From IMG/VR virus record IMGVR_UViG_3300023238_000005, positions 1-64,000 of that record: a stretch of 64,000 bases of DNA; one strand, written 5' to 3'. The position numbers and the translations under genes are program-made. The notes beneath the pieces were generated by a model that saw only the letters and a program-made list of their open reading frames with translations, was not told the origin of the DNA and ran no database searches. The first letter of the stretch is position 1, and each line of letters begins with the position of its first letter. This DNA is from a virus. Positions 19,825 to 28,888 of the stretch are shown here, piece after piece.

Positions 19825-19853
19825 AGTATAACAGTGAAGATGGTGTATGTCAA
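19825..19853 (-). promoter_or_regulatory. Sigma70-type early promoter
   Basis: TTGACA-N17-TATACT. Confidence 0.8.
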
Positions 19854-19956
19854 CCACTTTAGACTCGCACATAATGTCCACAAAATGATAAATAAAAGTG
19901 TAGTCCACGATGCTCTAACATCTGACTACTCTAACAGTTAAAAAGGAACTATCAGC

Positions 19957-20658
19957 ATGAATATTTATTACGTATACCAATATATCCGCGAAGATCAGAC
20001 ACCCTACTACATAGGTATGGGTAAAGATGTCAGGGCTTGGGCATCACATCGTCGTTCGAACGGTGCCGAAATCAAACCAAAAGACGACATACGCATACAA
20101 CTATTAACAGAGAATCTATCCGAACAAGAAGCATGGGATTTAGAAATAGAACTTATTGCAAAGTACGGGTTAAAGTCAGAGGGCGGAATACTTGTTAATA
20201 TGACATACGGTGGCGAAGGTGGAACTCCTAGCCAAGAAATGAAGGACCACATGAGTCGTATACTGACTGGACGAAAGAAGCCTCCTCGTACAGAGGAACA
20301 TAAACGCAATCATGCAAAAGCAATGGCTAAACGTAGAGGAACTTCTAATACTAAAACTGCTCAAGGATTAAAAGAATGGTATGCTACTAATCCCGACAGA
20401 AGTGAAGCATTTGCCAAACAATCTGCAAGCATAAAGGAATGGTACAAAACTGTTGACAAAGAAGCAAAGGCGTGGAATACTTGGCATACCCGTTTTACAC
20501 AAGATTACAACGAGTATGCCCGTGCTATTATGCTACTTGGAGAATACCCGATTGTTGAAGTTGAGAAACAGGTAAAGTTCCAGCGAGATACTCTGAGGAA
20601 GTTGAAGACTGAAACTCACGGTGTGTATAAACATTTCCCTGAATTGCTCCAGTCTTAA
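19957..20658 (+). CDS. Free-standing GIY-YIG (Seg-like) homing endonuclease with a NUMOD3-like DNA-binding segment
   Basis: YYVYQY...PYYIGMGK..R, E...LI, LVNMTYGGEG, PRTEEHKRN; on the opposite strand to its neighbours. Confidence 0.8.
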   Translation: MNIYYVYQYIREDQTPYYIGMGKDVRAWASHRRSNGAEIKPKDDIRIQLLTENLSEQEAWDLEIELIAKYGLKSEGGILVNMTYGGEGGTPSQEMKDHMSRILTGRKKPPRTEEHKRNHAKAMAKRRGTSNTKTAQGLKEWYATNPDRSEAFAKQSASIKEWYKTVDKEAKAWNTWHTRFTQDYNEYARAIMLLGEYPIVEVEKQVKFQRDTLRKLKTETHGVYKHFPELLQS

Positions 20659-21718
20659 CAGCATAGTTGTATAGCTCAATAGAAGCAATGTTCTTAAATT
20701 TTACCTCCGCCATAATGTCTGCGTATGGCAGAAACGATAACGCCCATTCATTTGTAGCATTGTTAGGATAATACTCGCTATGAGCTCGTAGTTTACCTTT
20801 CTTGTATCCTTGCTCTAATAGTGTAGGAAAGTCTGGCTTAGTATTGGTATCAATATGTCCTACCCATTCTTCACGACTATAACTGTAATGTATTGCAGGG
20901 CGTACACCTCTCCAAGAATCTACTATGCGTTTAAATCTATCGTCGGTTGGTAGTATGTATTCGTTTTCACGGCACAGGTGATGATGGAGATCTAGCACCA
21001 AAGCGAGATCGTCTGCAAGCTCGAGGCTGTGTTCGATACCCCACTTGTTTTCGTCGTTTTCGATTGTGATAACGTTTCTTGCTTCTGGCGTGAGTTTCTT
21101 GAGTGCGGCCTTAATGCCGGCTGGACCGTTTCTGCCTGAGATATGAACATTGCACTTAAAGTCTTGGAAGGTCTTGCCGTAACCCATATAGCGGATGACA
21201 TCGGTGTGATATTCAAATTCTTCTATGCTCCTATCTACAATATCTGGTGTATCACTAGCAAGCACAGTAAACTGACCAGGATGCATACTAAGCCGCACAT
21301 CCAAAGCGCGGGCGAGCTTGCCGACACTTTCGAAGTGTGTTTCCGCATACGCAATAACATCAGCCTGCTGCCAAAAATAAGCCCAGTCACGCTGAGTATA
21401 TAAAGGAAGTACGTCACTGCCAAGACGAACCATTCGTAATTCATGCGTCAAACCTCCTACATATTCAATCAAGTTATAGTACGATTGTATATTGTGTACC
21501 ATAATATCCCATAGACGTTGCTCTGCAACTTCAACAGTTTGACGGTTAAGCCACTGTACTGTTGTACTACGAGTATTTAGCGGCCGCTGAATCTCTTCTA
21601 GTACTTTCTTCTTCTGTGTCTGATCCGGGTGCATGTACTTGCATGCAAAGCCTATACGTTGTATAGTTTGTTGATCACTGATATAGTCACCGCATGTTGT
21701 AAATTTAAGATCTTGCAT
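20528..21718 (-). CDS. uvsE: UV-damage endonuclease
   Basis: RIGFAC, RLSMHPGQF, TIENDE, LDLHHH, HYS and AHS motifs. Confidence 0.92.
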   Translation of the reverse strand: MQDLKFTTCGDYISDQQTIQRIGFACKYMHPDQTQKKKVLEEIQRPLNTRSTTVQWLNRQTVEVAEQRLWDIMVHNIQSYYNLIEYVGGLTHELRMVRLGSDVLPLYTQRDWAYFWQQADVIAYAETHFESVGKLARALDVRLSMHPGQFTVLASDTPDIVDRSIEEFEYHTDVIRYMGYGKTFQDFKCNVHISGRNGPAGIKAALKKLTPEARNVITIENDENKWGIEHSLELADDLALVLDLHHHLCRENEYILPTDDRFKRIVDSWRGVRPAIHYSYSREEWVGHIDTNTKPDFPTLLEQGYKKGKLRAHSEYYPNNATNEWALSFLPYADIMAEVKFKNIASIELYNYAVKTGAIQGNVYTHREFQSSTSSEYLAGTLPVSQLQQSGILQVA

Positions 21719-21840
21719 ATTAAAACTTCCTGTAGGAACCGTCTAGTTCGTGTGTGCCTGAATTGTAAATTGCCCATGCTATACAGTTGTACCATGCATA
21801 GTTCGGATTCTGCCTTAGTTGCTTGTACCATTGTTTATAT

Positions 21841-21869
21841 AGTATAACACGTTTCTTAAACCTTGTCAA
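21841..21869 (-). promoter_or_regulatory. Sigma70-type promoter upstream of uvsE
   Basis: TTGACA-N17-TATACT. Confidence 0.8.
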
Positions 21870-22588
21870 CCTACAAATGCCCGCTCTTGCACAAACGTAC
21901 CTTGCGTCTTTTTATTACCTTCACAAAAGCCTAATGAATTAAAATGTTCTTTTAGGTCGTTGTTAAATCCTATACTGCCACATAACATCACACGTTGGAA
22001 AGATGGATCGTTAATCTTAACAGTGCCGTCCTCCATGAATGTTTGAATACGTCCGTTTAGTTCAGCATCTTCTTGTGTCACTGTACTGATGTATTCAATA
22101 GGCATTTCATTTAAAAAGTCTCTATAACAATCCTGTTCAGCATTTAATCTAGTTGTCCATGTCACTGTTATGTTTTCAAACAAGTCATATGTTTCGGGAT
22201 CACGTAGCAAACTGATAAACGGCGCAATACCTGTGCCACTTGCCATCATTACTAAATGACCGCCTATATCTAAGTTAGCAAGCAATAGAGTGCCAGTTGG
22301 TTTCTCTCCCACTTCTAGCATATCGCCTACTTTAATATGCTGTAGTTTACTTGTAAGCGGCCCGTTTGGCACTTTGATACTATAAAATTCAAGCCAGTCA
22401 TCGCATGGACCACTTGATATACTGTATGCTCTCATTATAGGTTTGTTCTTTTGTAGTTTTTCTGACCAGTTGTCTAACCCAATCATTACAAACTCACCTG
22501 CTGTGAATCTATATGAGCGTGGACGTTCGACTCGTATTCTAAACAGCGTGTCTGTGTAGTGTTTAACATCGATTACGCTTAGTTGCAT
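21866..22588 (-). CDS. fpr: Ferredoxin-NADP+ reductase (bacterial Fpr type)
   Basis: RAYSISS, GPLTSKL, SGTGIAPF, MLCGS and a terminal ERAFVG. Confidence 0.92.
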   Translation of the reverse strand: MQLSVIDVKHYTDTLFRIRVERPRSYRFTAGEFVMIGLDNWSEKLQKNKPIMRAYSISSGPCDDWLEFYSIKVPNGPLTSKLQHIKVGDMLEVGEKPTGTLLLANLDIGGHLVMMASGTGIAPFISLLRDPETYDLFENITVTWTTRLNAEQDCYRDFLNEMPIEYISTVTQEDAELNGRIQTFMEDGTVKINDPSFQRVMLCGSIGFNNDLKEHFNSLGFCEGNKKTQGTFVQERAFVG

Positions 22589-22703
22589 ATTATAACCTTT
22601 GCTCGATTATTATCCCATACGGATTTAGCATACGGGCAGCGCGGTCCTTGGTTTTTGTCATTTGGAATGCTGAGCGTTCTTATCCAGGATTCTAAATCTT
22701 TTT

Positions 22704-23549
22704 CTAAATTGTCCAATTATCAACCACCCACTGATCCTTGCAGTTATGCGGATTAGGATCTCCGTGGAATACTGCTACACTTGTAGTATTTTTAATTGTA
22801 GGTTCGCCAGCAGTTTCAAAGTCACGTTGTCCTCTTGGACTTTTGTCATACCTAGGACGTCCGCGCATTTCCCACTTATAGCTTTGTATCCATTCTTCGG
22901 GCCAATATTCGAATTCGCCATCTGGTATTGTTGCTCGAAGCCAATCTTGGTCTCCGTGATATCTTCTAATAGGCCCGTTTGGATCTTTCATAAAGTTAGT
23001 ATAAACTTTACTATGCATACTAGTATCTAGTCTAAAGATACTGCTATTAAATTTATTATAATTACGTATAAACTGCCTATTAAAATCTCGAATAATGCAA
23101 AATTTATTTGGTTTGAATGTAAACAAATAATCAATGTTCTCAAAAATTATTACATCTAAGTCTAGGAAAAGGACCGTTCCTTTTAATCCTATATTGGGAT
23201 TGAAGAACATTGGCTTGTACCACCAACCTGTTACTCCTGGCATCAGTGGAATAGGTTCAATTCTGATGCCAAGATCGATACCGGTTGCATCTTCGGTATA
23301 ACAAACAAATTCATGATCAAGTGTAAGGTTACGCTTGACCATGTTATATAACTTGTTTACATAGTCTGCACTATACTTGGTACCATACTTTAAGCACACG
23401 ACATAACGAGTAGCGTCCGAAAGATTAATAGGCAGTTTCGCTGGCACCGATACGGAAGTTATACTCTCGTCAAGAGGACGACACCCTTTGTTGGTATTTT
23501 TTCTTGCCTTGCGTTCTGCTTTAGTTTCTCCTTCAGTGTACTGTTTCAT
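22704..23549 (-). CDS. Glycosyltransferase-like protein (GT-A fold)
   Basis: CLKYGTKYSADYVNKLY, LFLDLD (DxD), NSS, GDQDW, FHGDPNP; start set at ATG 23549. Confidence 0.7.
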   Translation of the reverse strand: MKQYTEGETKAERKARKNTNKGCRPLDESITSVSVPAKLPINLSDATRYVVCLKYGTKYSADYVNKLYNMVKRNLTLDHEFVCYTEDATGIDLGIRIEPIPLMPGVTGWWYKPMFFNPNIGLKGTVLFLDLDVIIFENIDYLFTFKPNKFCIIRDFNRQFIRNYNKFNSSIFRLDTSMHSKVYTNFMKDPNGPIRRYHGDQDWLRATIPDGEFEYWPEEWIQSYKWEMRGRPRYDKSPRGQRDFETAGEPTIKNTTSVAVFHGDPNPHNCKDQWVVDNWTI

Positions 23550-23995
23550 TATGCCTCGTAAATCGCTGAGTTTGCTCCATGCTCTGCACATTCTGCACTT
23601 ACACAGAAACAGCGATTGTTAGTTGCTTCACGTACTAGTTTGTCTGCAAAGTTAAATGCATGTTCTGCAAACTTCTCTGCACCAACACCGTCCATTACAA
23701 CAATTTCTGCTAGGTCAAGTTCTTGTAGTTCCATGAACTTTTCTAAGTATGGATCATCTTTGTCGATTGCAGTCTTGTGATCAAAGTTATCTTCTAGCCA
23801 TTTCTTTAGTGGCTTTAGTCCACCAAAGTCTACTGCCCAGTTTTTATGATCTAGTTCTGTACATCCAAACTTAAATGTAAATGCTAAACTGTATCCGTGT
23901 AGTAAGTGACAGTGTGAATGATCTGCGTTAGGTTGCCTAAATACCGCTGATAACCCAATGTTGTGTCCGTAATGCTTAGTTGAATAATATGCCAT
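23549..23995 (-). CDS. queD: 6-pyruvoyl-tetrahydropterin synthase / QueD
   Basis: SHCHLLHGY, VDFG, FDHK and EKFAE motifs. Confidence 0.88.
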   Translation of the reverse strand: MAYYSTKHYGHNIGLSAVFRQPNADHSHCHLLHGYSLAFTFKFGCTELDHKNWAVDFGGLKPLKKWLEDNFDHKTAIDKDDPYLEKFMELQELDLAEIVVMDGVGAEKFAEHAFNFADKLVREATNNRCFCVSAECAEHGANSAIYEA

Positions 23996-24061
23996 TGTAA
24001 TCTCCTATAGTTAACATATGAGCGGCAGAGTTAGAAGGGTTGACGCTAAGTCCTTACGTAT

Positions 24062-24090
24062 ATTATACTACAAATTACTTATCGTGTCAA
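24062..24090 (-). promoter_or_regulatory. Sigma70-type promoter upstream of queD
   Basis: TTGACA-N17-TATAAT (perfect consensus). Confidence 0.85.
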
Positions 24091-24646
24091 GCGAAACATT
24101 AGATTGTTTCCAGGCTTTTGGTAATTCAAAATCATCGTTGTGTACAACAAACTGTGTTGTTGGGTAATGTTTAAATATTTTTCCTATTTGATAGATCCAG
24201 TATCTAGGATCGACAGCACTCTTGTGTGCATGCGAATAGTTTGCAGTATCTTTGTATACATTGTTAACAAGCTTGTCTACGCTGTGTAAGTCAAAGCCTA
24301 GCAAGTGTATGTCATCTGTTGTCATCTTTGCTGCTAGTAGCACAGCATACGGTCCTGCACCCCAATGTATAGGATCATCTGGGCGTTGATCTCCTATATA
24401 AGGTAAGTCCGGAACTATACGTATGTTCGTTTGATACCGAGATAGCGCAAATTGATTTGCGCGAGTATACACTGTTGCATGTTTATTATAGTTTAATTCT
24501 AATGCTTCTAGTAGCATAGGACGATCTACACATACAAGATGGTCAACACTAAAGTCACGAAGAATAGCATTGCATCCAATCTTAGTATAATTTAATTTAT
24601 CAATGTTTACTGAGGCGCGGCTTTCACCATTACCAATTACTAGCAT
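24068..24646 (-). CDS. Hypothetical protein, possibly sialyltransferase/DUF115-like fold
   Basis: VIGNGESR, IGCNA, LLGFD motifs. Confidence 0.5.
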   Translation of the reverse strand: MLVIGNGESRASVNIDKLNYTKIGCNAILRDFSVDHLVCVDRPMLLEALELNYNKHATVYTRANQFALSRYQTNIRIVPDLPYIGDQRPDDPIHWGAGPYAVLLAAKMTTDDIHLLGFDLHSVDKLVNNVYKDTANYSHAHKSAVDPRYWIYQIGKIFKHYPTTQFVVHNDDFELPKAWKQSNVSLDTISNL

Positions 24647-24694
24647 AAATTTATTTATTCTATAATAAGTGAGATGTTATCAAAAATTTGGACT

Positions 24695-25132
24695 TTAGTT
24701 TTTTTGAAAAGTAAGTACACACTCAAACTCGCTGTATAGGGTTACTCTATACAACCCTGGATACATATCATCTGGTACAGGTACTCCCCACTGATGGTCA
24801 ACTATGCCTGTGTCCGAGCCAAGATAGTCATTTGACCTTATATATATTTTTCTAGCAAAGTTTAATGCAAATCTTTCACCAGTAGCGTCATCATATGCAT
24901 CCGAGCGTACCTTTGTTAGTACACATTCATGTCGTCGACTGCCCTCTAGAATAAAATTAATCTGATCGCCAGTTACTGGATTGTTTGTTACTGCAATACC
25001 TGCATTGTTAAACACAAATGCATTATTAAATCCTATGTATAGTATACCTAAACTAACGATAACTGCCATACTAATACCGCTTACGACATTTAATACCGCT
25101 TTAATAATTTTGTGCTTTTCACTCGATGTCAT
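24695..25132 (-). CDS. Membrane-anchored hypothetical protein
   Basis: One hydrophobic helix; overlaps the upstream ORF. Confidence 0.55.
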   Translation of the reverse strand: MTSSEKHKIIKAVLNVVSGISMAVIVSLGILYIGFNNAFVFNNAGIAVTNNPVTGDQINFILEGSRRHECVLTKVRSDAYDDATGERFALNFARKIYIRSNDYLGSDTGIVDHQWGVPVPDDMYPGLYRVTLYSEFECVLTFQKN

Positions 25133-25448
25133 CTTTAAATTCCCGTATATCTTCATTTATTTTACGGAATTCGTCTCGAACGTCCGCCAGCCCGTCACTA
25201 GCTATATTTAGCGTGCCTACTAATAGTTTGATTGTGTAAATAGTCCAAAACCACCAACATATTGCTGTAACTGAAAACAACCCTAGTCCTACATAAAATA
25301 CCATTTTAAATTCTATGTAGCCCAGCAGGATTAATGTTCCAAAACCAAAAAGGAAAAGAGTAGGAACTAGACGTGCGTACATGTCCCAGTTTTCGACTTG
25401 CTTAATAATTTCTGGATGATTATTATTTTTTGGAACGTTGTCTTGCAT
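25119..25448 (-). CDS. Two-TM membrane protein with a coiled tail
   Basis: Two hydrophobic segments. Confidence 0.6.
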   Translation of the reverse strand: MQDNVPKNNNHPEIIKQVENWDMYARLVPTLFLFGFGTLILLGYIEFKMVFYVGLGLFSVTAICWWFWTIYTIKLLVGTLNIASDGLADVRDEFRKINEDIREFKDDIE

Positions 25449-25526
25449 TTTTGAGTCGCCTAATTGATAATGTATGGCGAAAGCATTCCGCATTGGTGTT
25501 TAATATTTTTTTTATGCTAAGACGGT

Positions 25527-26645
25527 CTAAGAAGATATTTGTCCAAACGCTTTCCACTCGCCTGGAGAACCTTCACGGATACAAACCCATCCTACATAAC
25601 CTGTAGCAACTGCATTTGTATTATAAACAACATCGCCTTGGCGATATGTTCCGTTATCAGGTATTGCTGTACCTGTTGTAATTTTTGTGCCAGCGATTTG
25701 AATTCCATTTGCAGTTGCAATTGAAACATCGTCTGATACATTGTTAACTCCTACACCCAGTTTGCCATATACACTAACTTGTGCATCATTACGTCCACTA
25801 CGACCAAAGTCGACCTTACCATTAGCCTTTACTGTAATACGTGTTGTGTTATCTGTTATAATTTGTAAATCGTCTGTAGTCCAATTACCAATTTTAGTAA
25901 TATTTGATTCTACATCAATTATAAACTCCGAATCTAAACTAGTAATACTAATGCTACCGTTCGGATCTTCAGTGCCGAAGCCTAGTCGCTGACTATCACT
26001 ATCGTACATAATAAAGCCATCGATGTTCAAGTCGCCGTTTGTGCGCAAGTTTTGCAATGTGCCAACTCTAGACAAACTACTTGTTCTAACACTACTGCCT
26101 AGTTCTGTTGTAGTTATTACAGGAATATTACCAATTGAAAAACTCTTATCTGCTGCAATGTCAATTGTTTCCGTAGAATATAATCTATCTTCATTTGCTC
26201 TGAATATAAACTGCTTAGTAGGACCTTGACCTTTCCACTGCAATCCTTTGCCATAGATGCCGTTGTCATCTGCTACAAATTCTAATGGAGATGTGCGCTC
26301 ATTGCGTACGTCAGCAGTAAGTTCATTTACATGTAACTGCTGTGCAGTAATTAAACCGTTAACTGTTAGATCACCGCTGACTGTAGGACTGCTGCTAATG
26401 GTATTAATAACTATATTATCAATGCTAACACCATTGTCATTTACATACATGATACGCTTTGTAGCTTCGTCTTTAATGCCGATACTTTCAAACATGCTAA
26501 TGACGCCACCATGCACTTTGTTGCCACTTATTCCATTGTCTTTAAATTCAGGAACTGTAGCATGGTGTGCTACCACTTCTAGTGCATCTGCTGCTGTAAC
26601 TAGAGCAAGTTTTAGTTTAGCAACTGTATCGTTATAATGTTCCAT
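25527..26645 (-). CDS. Fibre-like structural protein, paralogue 2
   Basis: Shares EFxADDNGIYGKGLQWKGQGPTKQ and GWVC...PGEWK.FGQI with 26650..27525. Confidence 0.65.
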   Translation of the reverse strand: MEHYNDTVAKLKLALVTAADALEVVAHHATVPEFKDNGISGNKVHGGVISMFESIGIKDEATKRIMYVNDNGVSIDNIVINTISSSPTVSGDLTVNGLITAQQLHVNELTADVRNERTSPLEFVADDNGIYGKGLQWKGQGPTKQFIFRANEDRLYSTETIDIAADKSFSIGNIPVITTTELGSSVRTSSLSRVGTLQNLRTNGDLNIDGFIMYDSDSQRLGFGTEDPNGSISITSLDSEFIIDVESNITKIGNWTTDDLQIITDNTTRITVKANGKVDFGRSGRNDAQVSVYGKLGVGVNNVSDDVSIATANGIQIAGTKITTGTAIPDNGTYRQGDVVYNTNAVATGYVGWVCIREGSPGEWKAFGQISS

Positions 26646-26649
26646 AATA

Positions 26650-27525
26650 TTATCCTATTTGTCCAAATGGTTTCCATTCACCAGGCGTACCTGTTCTAGT
26701 ACACACCCATCCAATATAACCAGTTGATACAGTAGTTTCATTCCAAACAATATCACCCTGTCTAAAGTTGCCAGCAGTAGGTATGTCAGTGCCATTCATA
26801 AATTTCTTGTTTTCAAACTTAACTGGACCACTTGTACTTAATACTACATCTGAATCTATATTGTTAACGCCAATGCCTAGTTTGCCATGTACTGTAACTC
26901 GCGTGTCACTGCCATCAGGATCACCTAGGTCGATATTGCCGTTTGCACGTACAATTAATCTTGTTGTATCATCAGTAAGTATTCTTAAATCATCTGAAGT
27001 CCATGTACCTAGTTTTGCAGTACCTGGATCTGTATCAATAATAAATTCTGCATCAAGTGTTGCTAAAGCAAATTTACCATTAGGTGCTTCTGTTCCAATA
27101 CCAAACGCTTCAGTATCTGTGTTATAGAATATATAACCATCAATACTTAAATTGCCACTAGTGTTTAATCCTTGAAGTGTGCCGACAGTTACTAAGCTAC
27201 TATTTCTTACAGCAGAACCTAATTCTGTCATTCTAAGTACAGCAGTATTACCAATCATATAAGCCTGTTCTTGGCCTAAGTCAATACTTTCGTCAGTCCA
27301 TAAACGATCCGGATTAGCTCTATATATAAGTTGCTTAGTAGGACCTTGGCCTTTCCACTGTAACCCTTTACCGTATATACCATTGTCGTCTGCTATAAAT
27401 TCCACAGAACTTAATGCTTGCATACGCATGTCGTCAACAGTAAGTGCTCTATTAATAATAGAACTAAGTGATGAACCTAGGTCTTGAATCGCTGTGTCAA
27501 GTTCAGATGTATTTAATTGTGTCAT
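26650..27525 (-). CDS. Fibre-like structural protein, paralogue 1
   Basis: Paralogous to the neighbouring ORF; TATAAATA immediately upstream. Confidence 0.65.
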   Translation of the reverse strand: MTQLNTSELDTAIQDLGSSLSSIINRALTVDDMRMQALSSVEFIADDNGIYGKGLQWKGQGPTKQLIYRANPDRLWTDESIDLGQEQAYMIGNTAVLRMTELGSAVRNSSLVTVGTLQGLNTSGNLSIDGYIFYNTDTEAFGIGTEAPNGKFALATLDAEFIIDTDPGTAKLGTWTSDDLRILTDDTTRLIVRANGNIDLGDPDGSDTRVTVHGKLGIGVNNIDSDVVLSTSGPVKFENKKFMNGTDIPTAGNFRQGDIVWNETTVSTGYIGWVCTRTGTPGEWKPFGQIG

Positions 27526-27529
27526 ACTG

Positions 27530-27537
27530 TATTTATA
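27530..27537 (-). promoter_or_regulatory. T4-type late promoter
   Basis: TATAAATA just upstream of the 27525 start; also at 19806-19813 (-), 57081-57088 (-) and 54394-54401 (+). Confidence 0.65.
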
Positions 27538-27548
27538 CAGTTTACTTT

Positions 27549-28877
27549 CTAGATGGATACAGCAGACAAATCGCCAATCAGAATATCTTCAAACGTATTT
27601 TTACTGTACGTTACAATCTCAGATTTAAGAGCTTTTGCTTTTGCTTTTAGTTTTGCAATTTCTTCTGTTGTTAAGCTACGCATAGGAAGTCCTAAGAAGC
27701 CCTTAACACGACCTTGTAAGATAGCGTCATACGCTTCAGCTTGTGTAATTACTGCCGTTTCCTTGGTGTTACGAAGCTCTATAGCGCCGTCTACAACACC
27801 CTGTATGAACTTGGCTCTAGCGTTAGTATAGTCCATTTCCTCTTGCATACTAGCTAGTAAGTGCTGCTTGCGCTTGTCGTTGTACTCTATACGCTTGACA
27901 TACCATGCTTCTAACAACTCTTTAAGACCTTTAAAGATAACAATCTTGTTGTTCTCATCAATACAAGTAAAGTTTTCGCTTACCTTTTTAATCAGCTTTA
28001 GCTTGGTCATAATCCATTCATCTGTTCGTTCACCGAACGCACGATCTACTTGGATTTCAAACTCAAACACATCATTGTCACTCAAGTCATCATAGTCTTT
28101 AATCACTTTGTCGTCTACGAGCTTCTCTAACACTGCTTGATATTGCTTGAGTGTATAACCCACTGGCAACGAGTTAATAGTTATACGGTGCTTAGTATTG
28201 CGTACAAACGATCCTGTGATCTCCCATTGGACTTTGCTTTCGCCTTTGTTAACAACACAACTCATACCTTCCCAATGCGGAGTAAGGTTAGCAGTAATGC
28301 GCTCACCTGAAGCACGTTGCTTTACCCACTTCATAATCTCCTTGGGCTTGCGTGGAAGGATCTTTTGTGCAAAGCCAATACTTACACCTTCACTGCCGTT
28401 GATAGCGAGCATAGGAAGTACTGGTACATAGTAGCGGGGCTCAATCTTAGCCCCCTCAAAGTTCTGATGCTCAAGACTTACAAAGTCATCCTTAACATAC
28501 AGTTTCTTTAGGATAGGATTCATACGTGCAAAGATATAACGTGTAGCAGCCGCATCATTAATAAACGATGATCCAAAGTTGCCATCGCCTTCTAGTAATG
28601 GAACATTGTTGCCACTGCCTACATAGTTTGCAGTCATGTTAACAATAGTGCCTTCTAGGCTACCATGCAAATACTGTGCATAGTCCTGTACCTTAGGACC
28701 TAAGTTGCTTACTTTAACAAATTTGTCAATGTTCTGTTGTAGCACTGTGTGTACAATCTTACGACTTGCGTTCTTTTGCCCATCAATATAGTTTGCTAGT
28801 TTACGCACATTGTCGTATACTGAAAAGTCAATGTATTCGTTCTTAAAGAAGCCTTCGAGTGGAAGTTGCTTTGTCAT
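27549..28877 (-). CDS. Type II DNA topoisomerase, breakage-reunion subunit (T4 gp52-like)
   Basis: IDGQK..RK, YLHG, GNFGS, AATRYI (active-site Tyr), EPRYYVP. Confidence 0.93.
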   Translation of the reverse strand: MTKQLPLEGFFKNEYIDFSVYDNVRKLANYIDGQKNASRKIVHTVLQQNIDKFVKVSNLGPKVQDYAQYLHGSLEGTIVNMTANYVGSGNNVPLLEGDGNFGSSFINDAAATRYIFARMNPILKKLYVKDDFVSLEHQNFEGAKIEPRYYVPVLPMLAINGSEGVSIGFAQKILPRKPKEIMKWVKQRASGERITANLTPHWEGMSCVVNKGESKVQWEITGSFVRNTKHRITINSLPVGYTLKQYQAVLEKLVDDKVIKDYDDLSDNDVFEFEIQVDRAFGERTDEWIMTKLKLIKKVSENFTCIDENNKIVIFKGLKELLEAWYVKRIEYNDKRKQHLLASMQEEMDYTNARAKFIQGVVDGAIELRNTKETAVITQAEAYDAILQGRVKGFLGLPMRSLTTEEIAKLKAKAKALKSEIVTYSKNTFEDILIGDLSAVSI

Positions 28878-28888
28878 TCTTTATACCC

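Noticed and set aside
22578-22715. Short minus-strand frame containing WIRTLS...PRCPYAKSVW
   Set aside because: Possibly a gene remnant, but too short and without a clear start to call.
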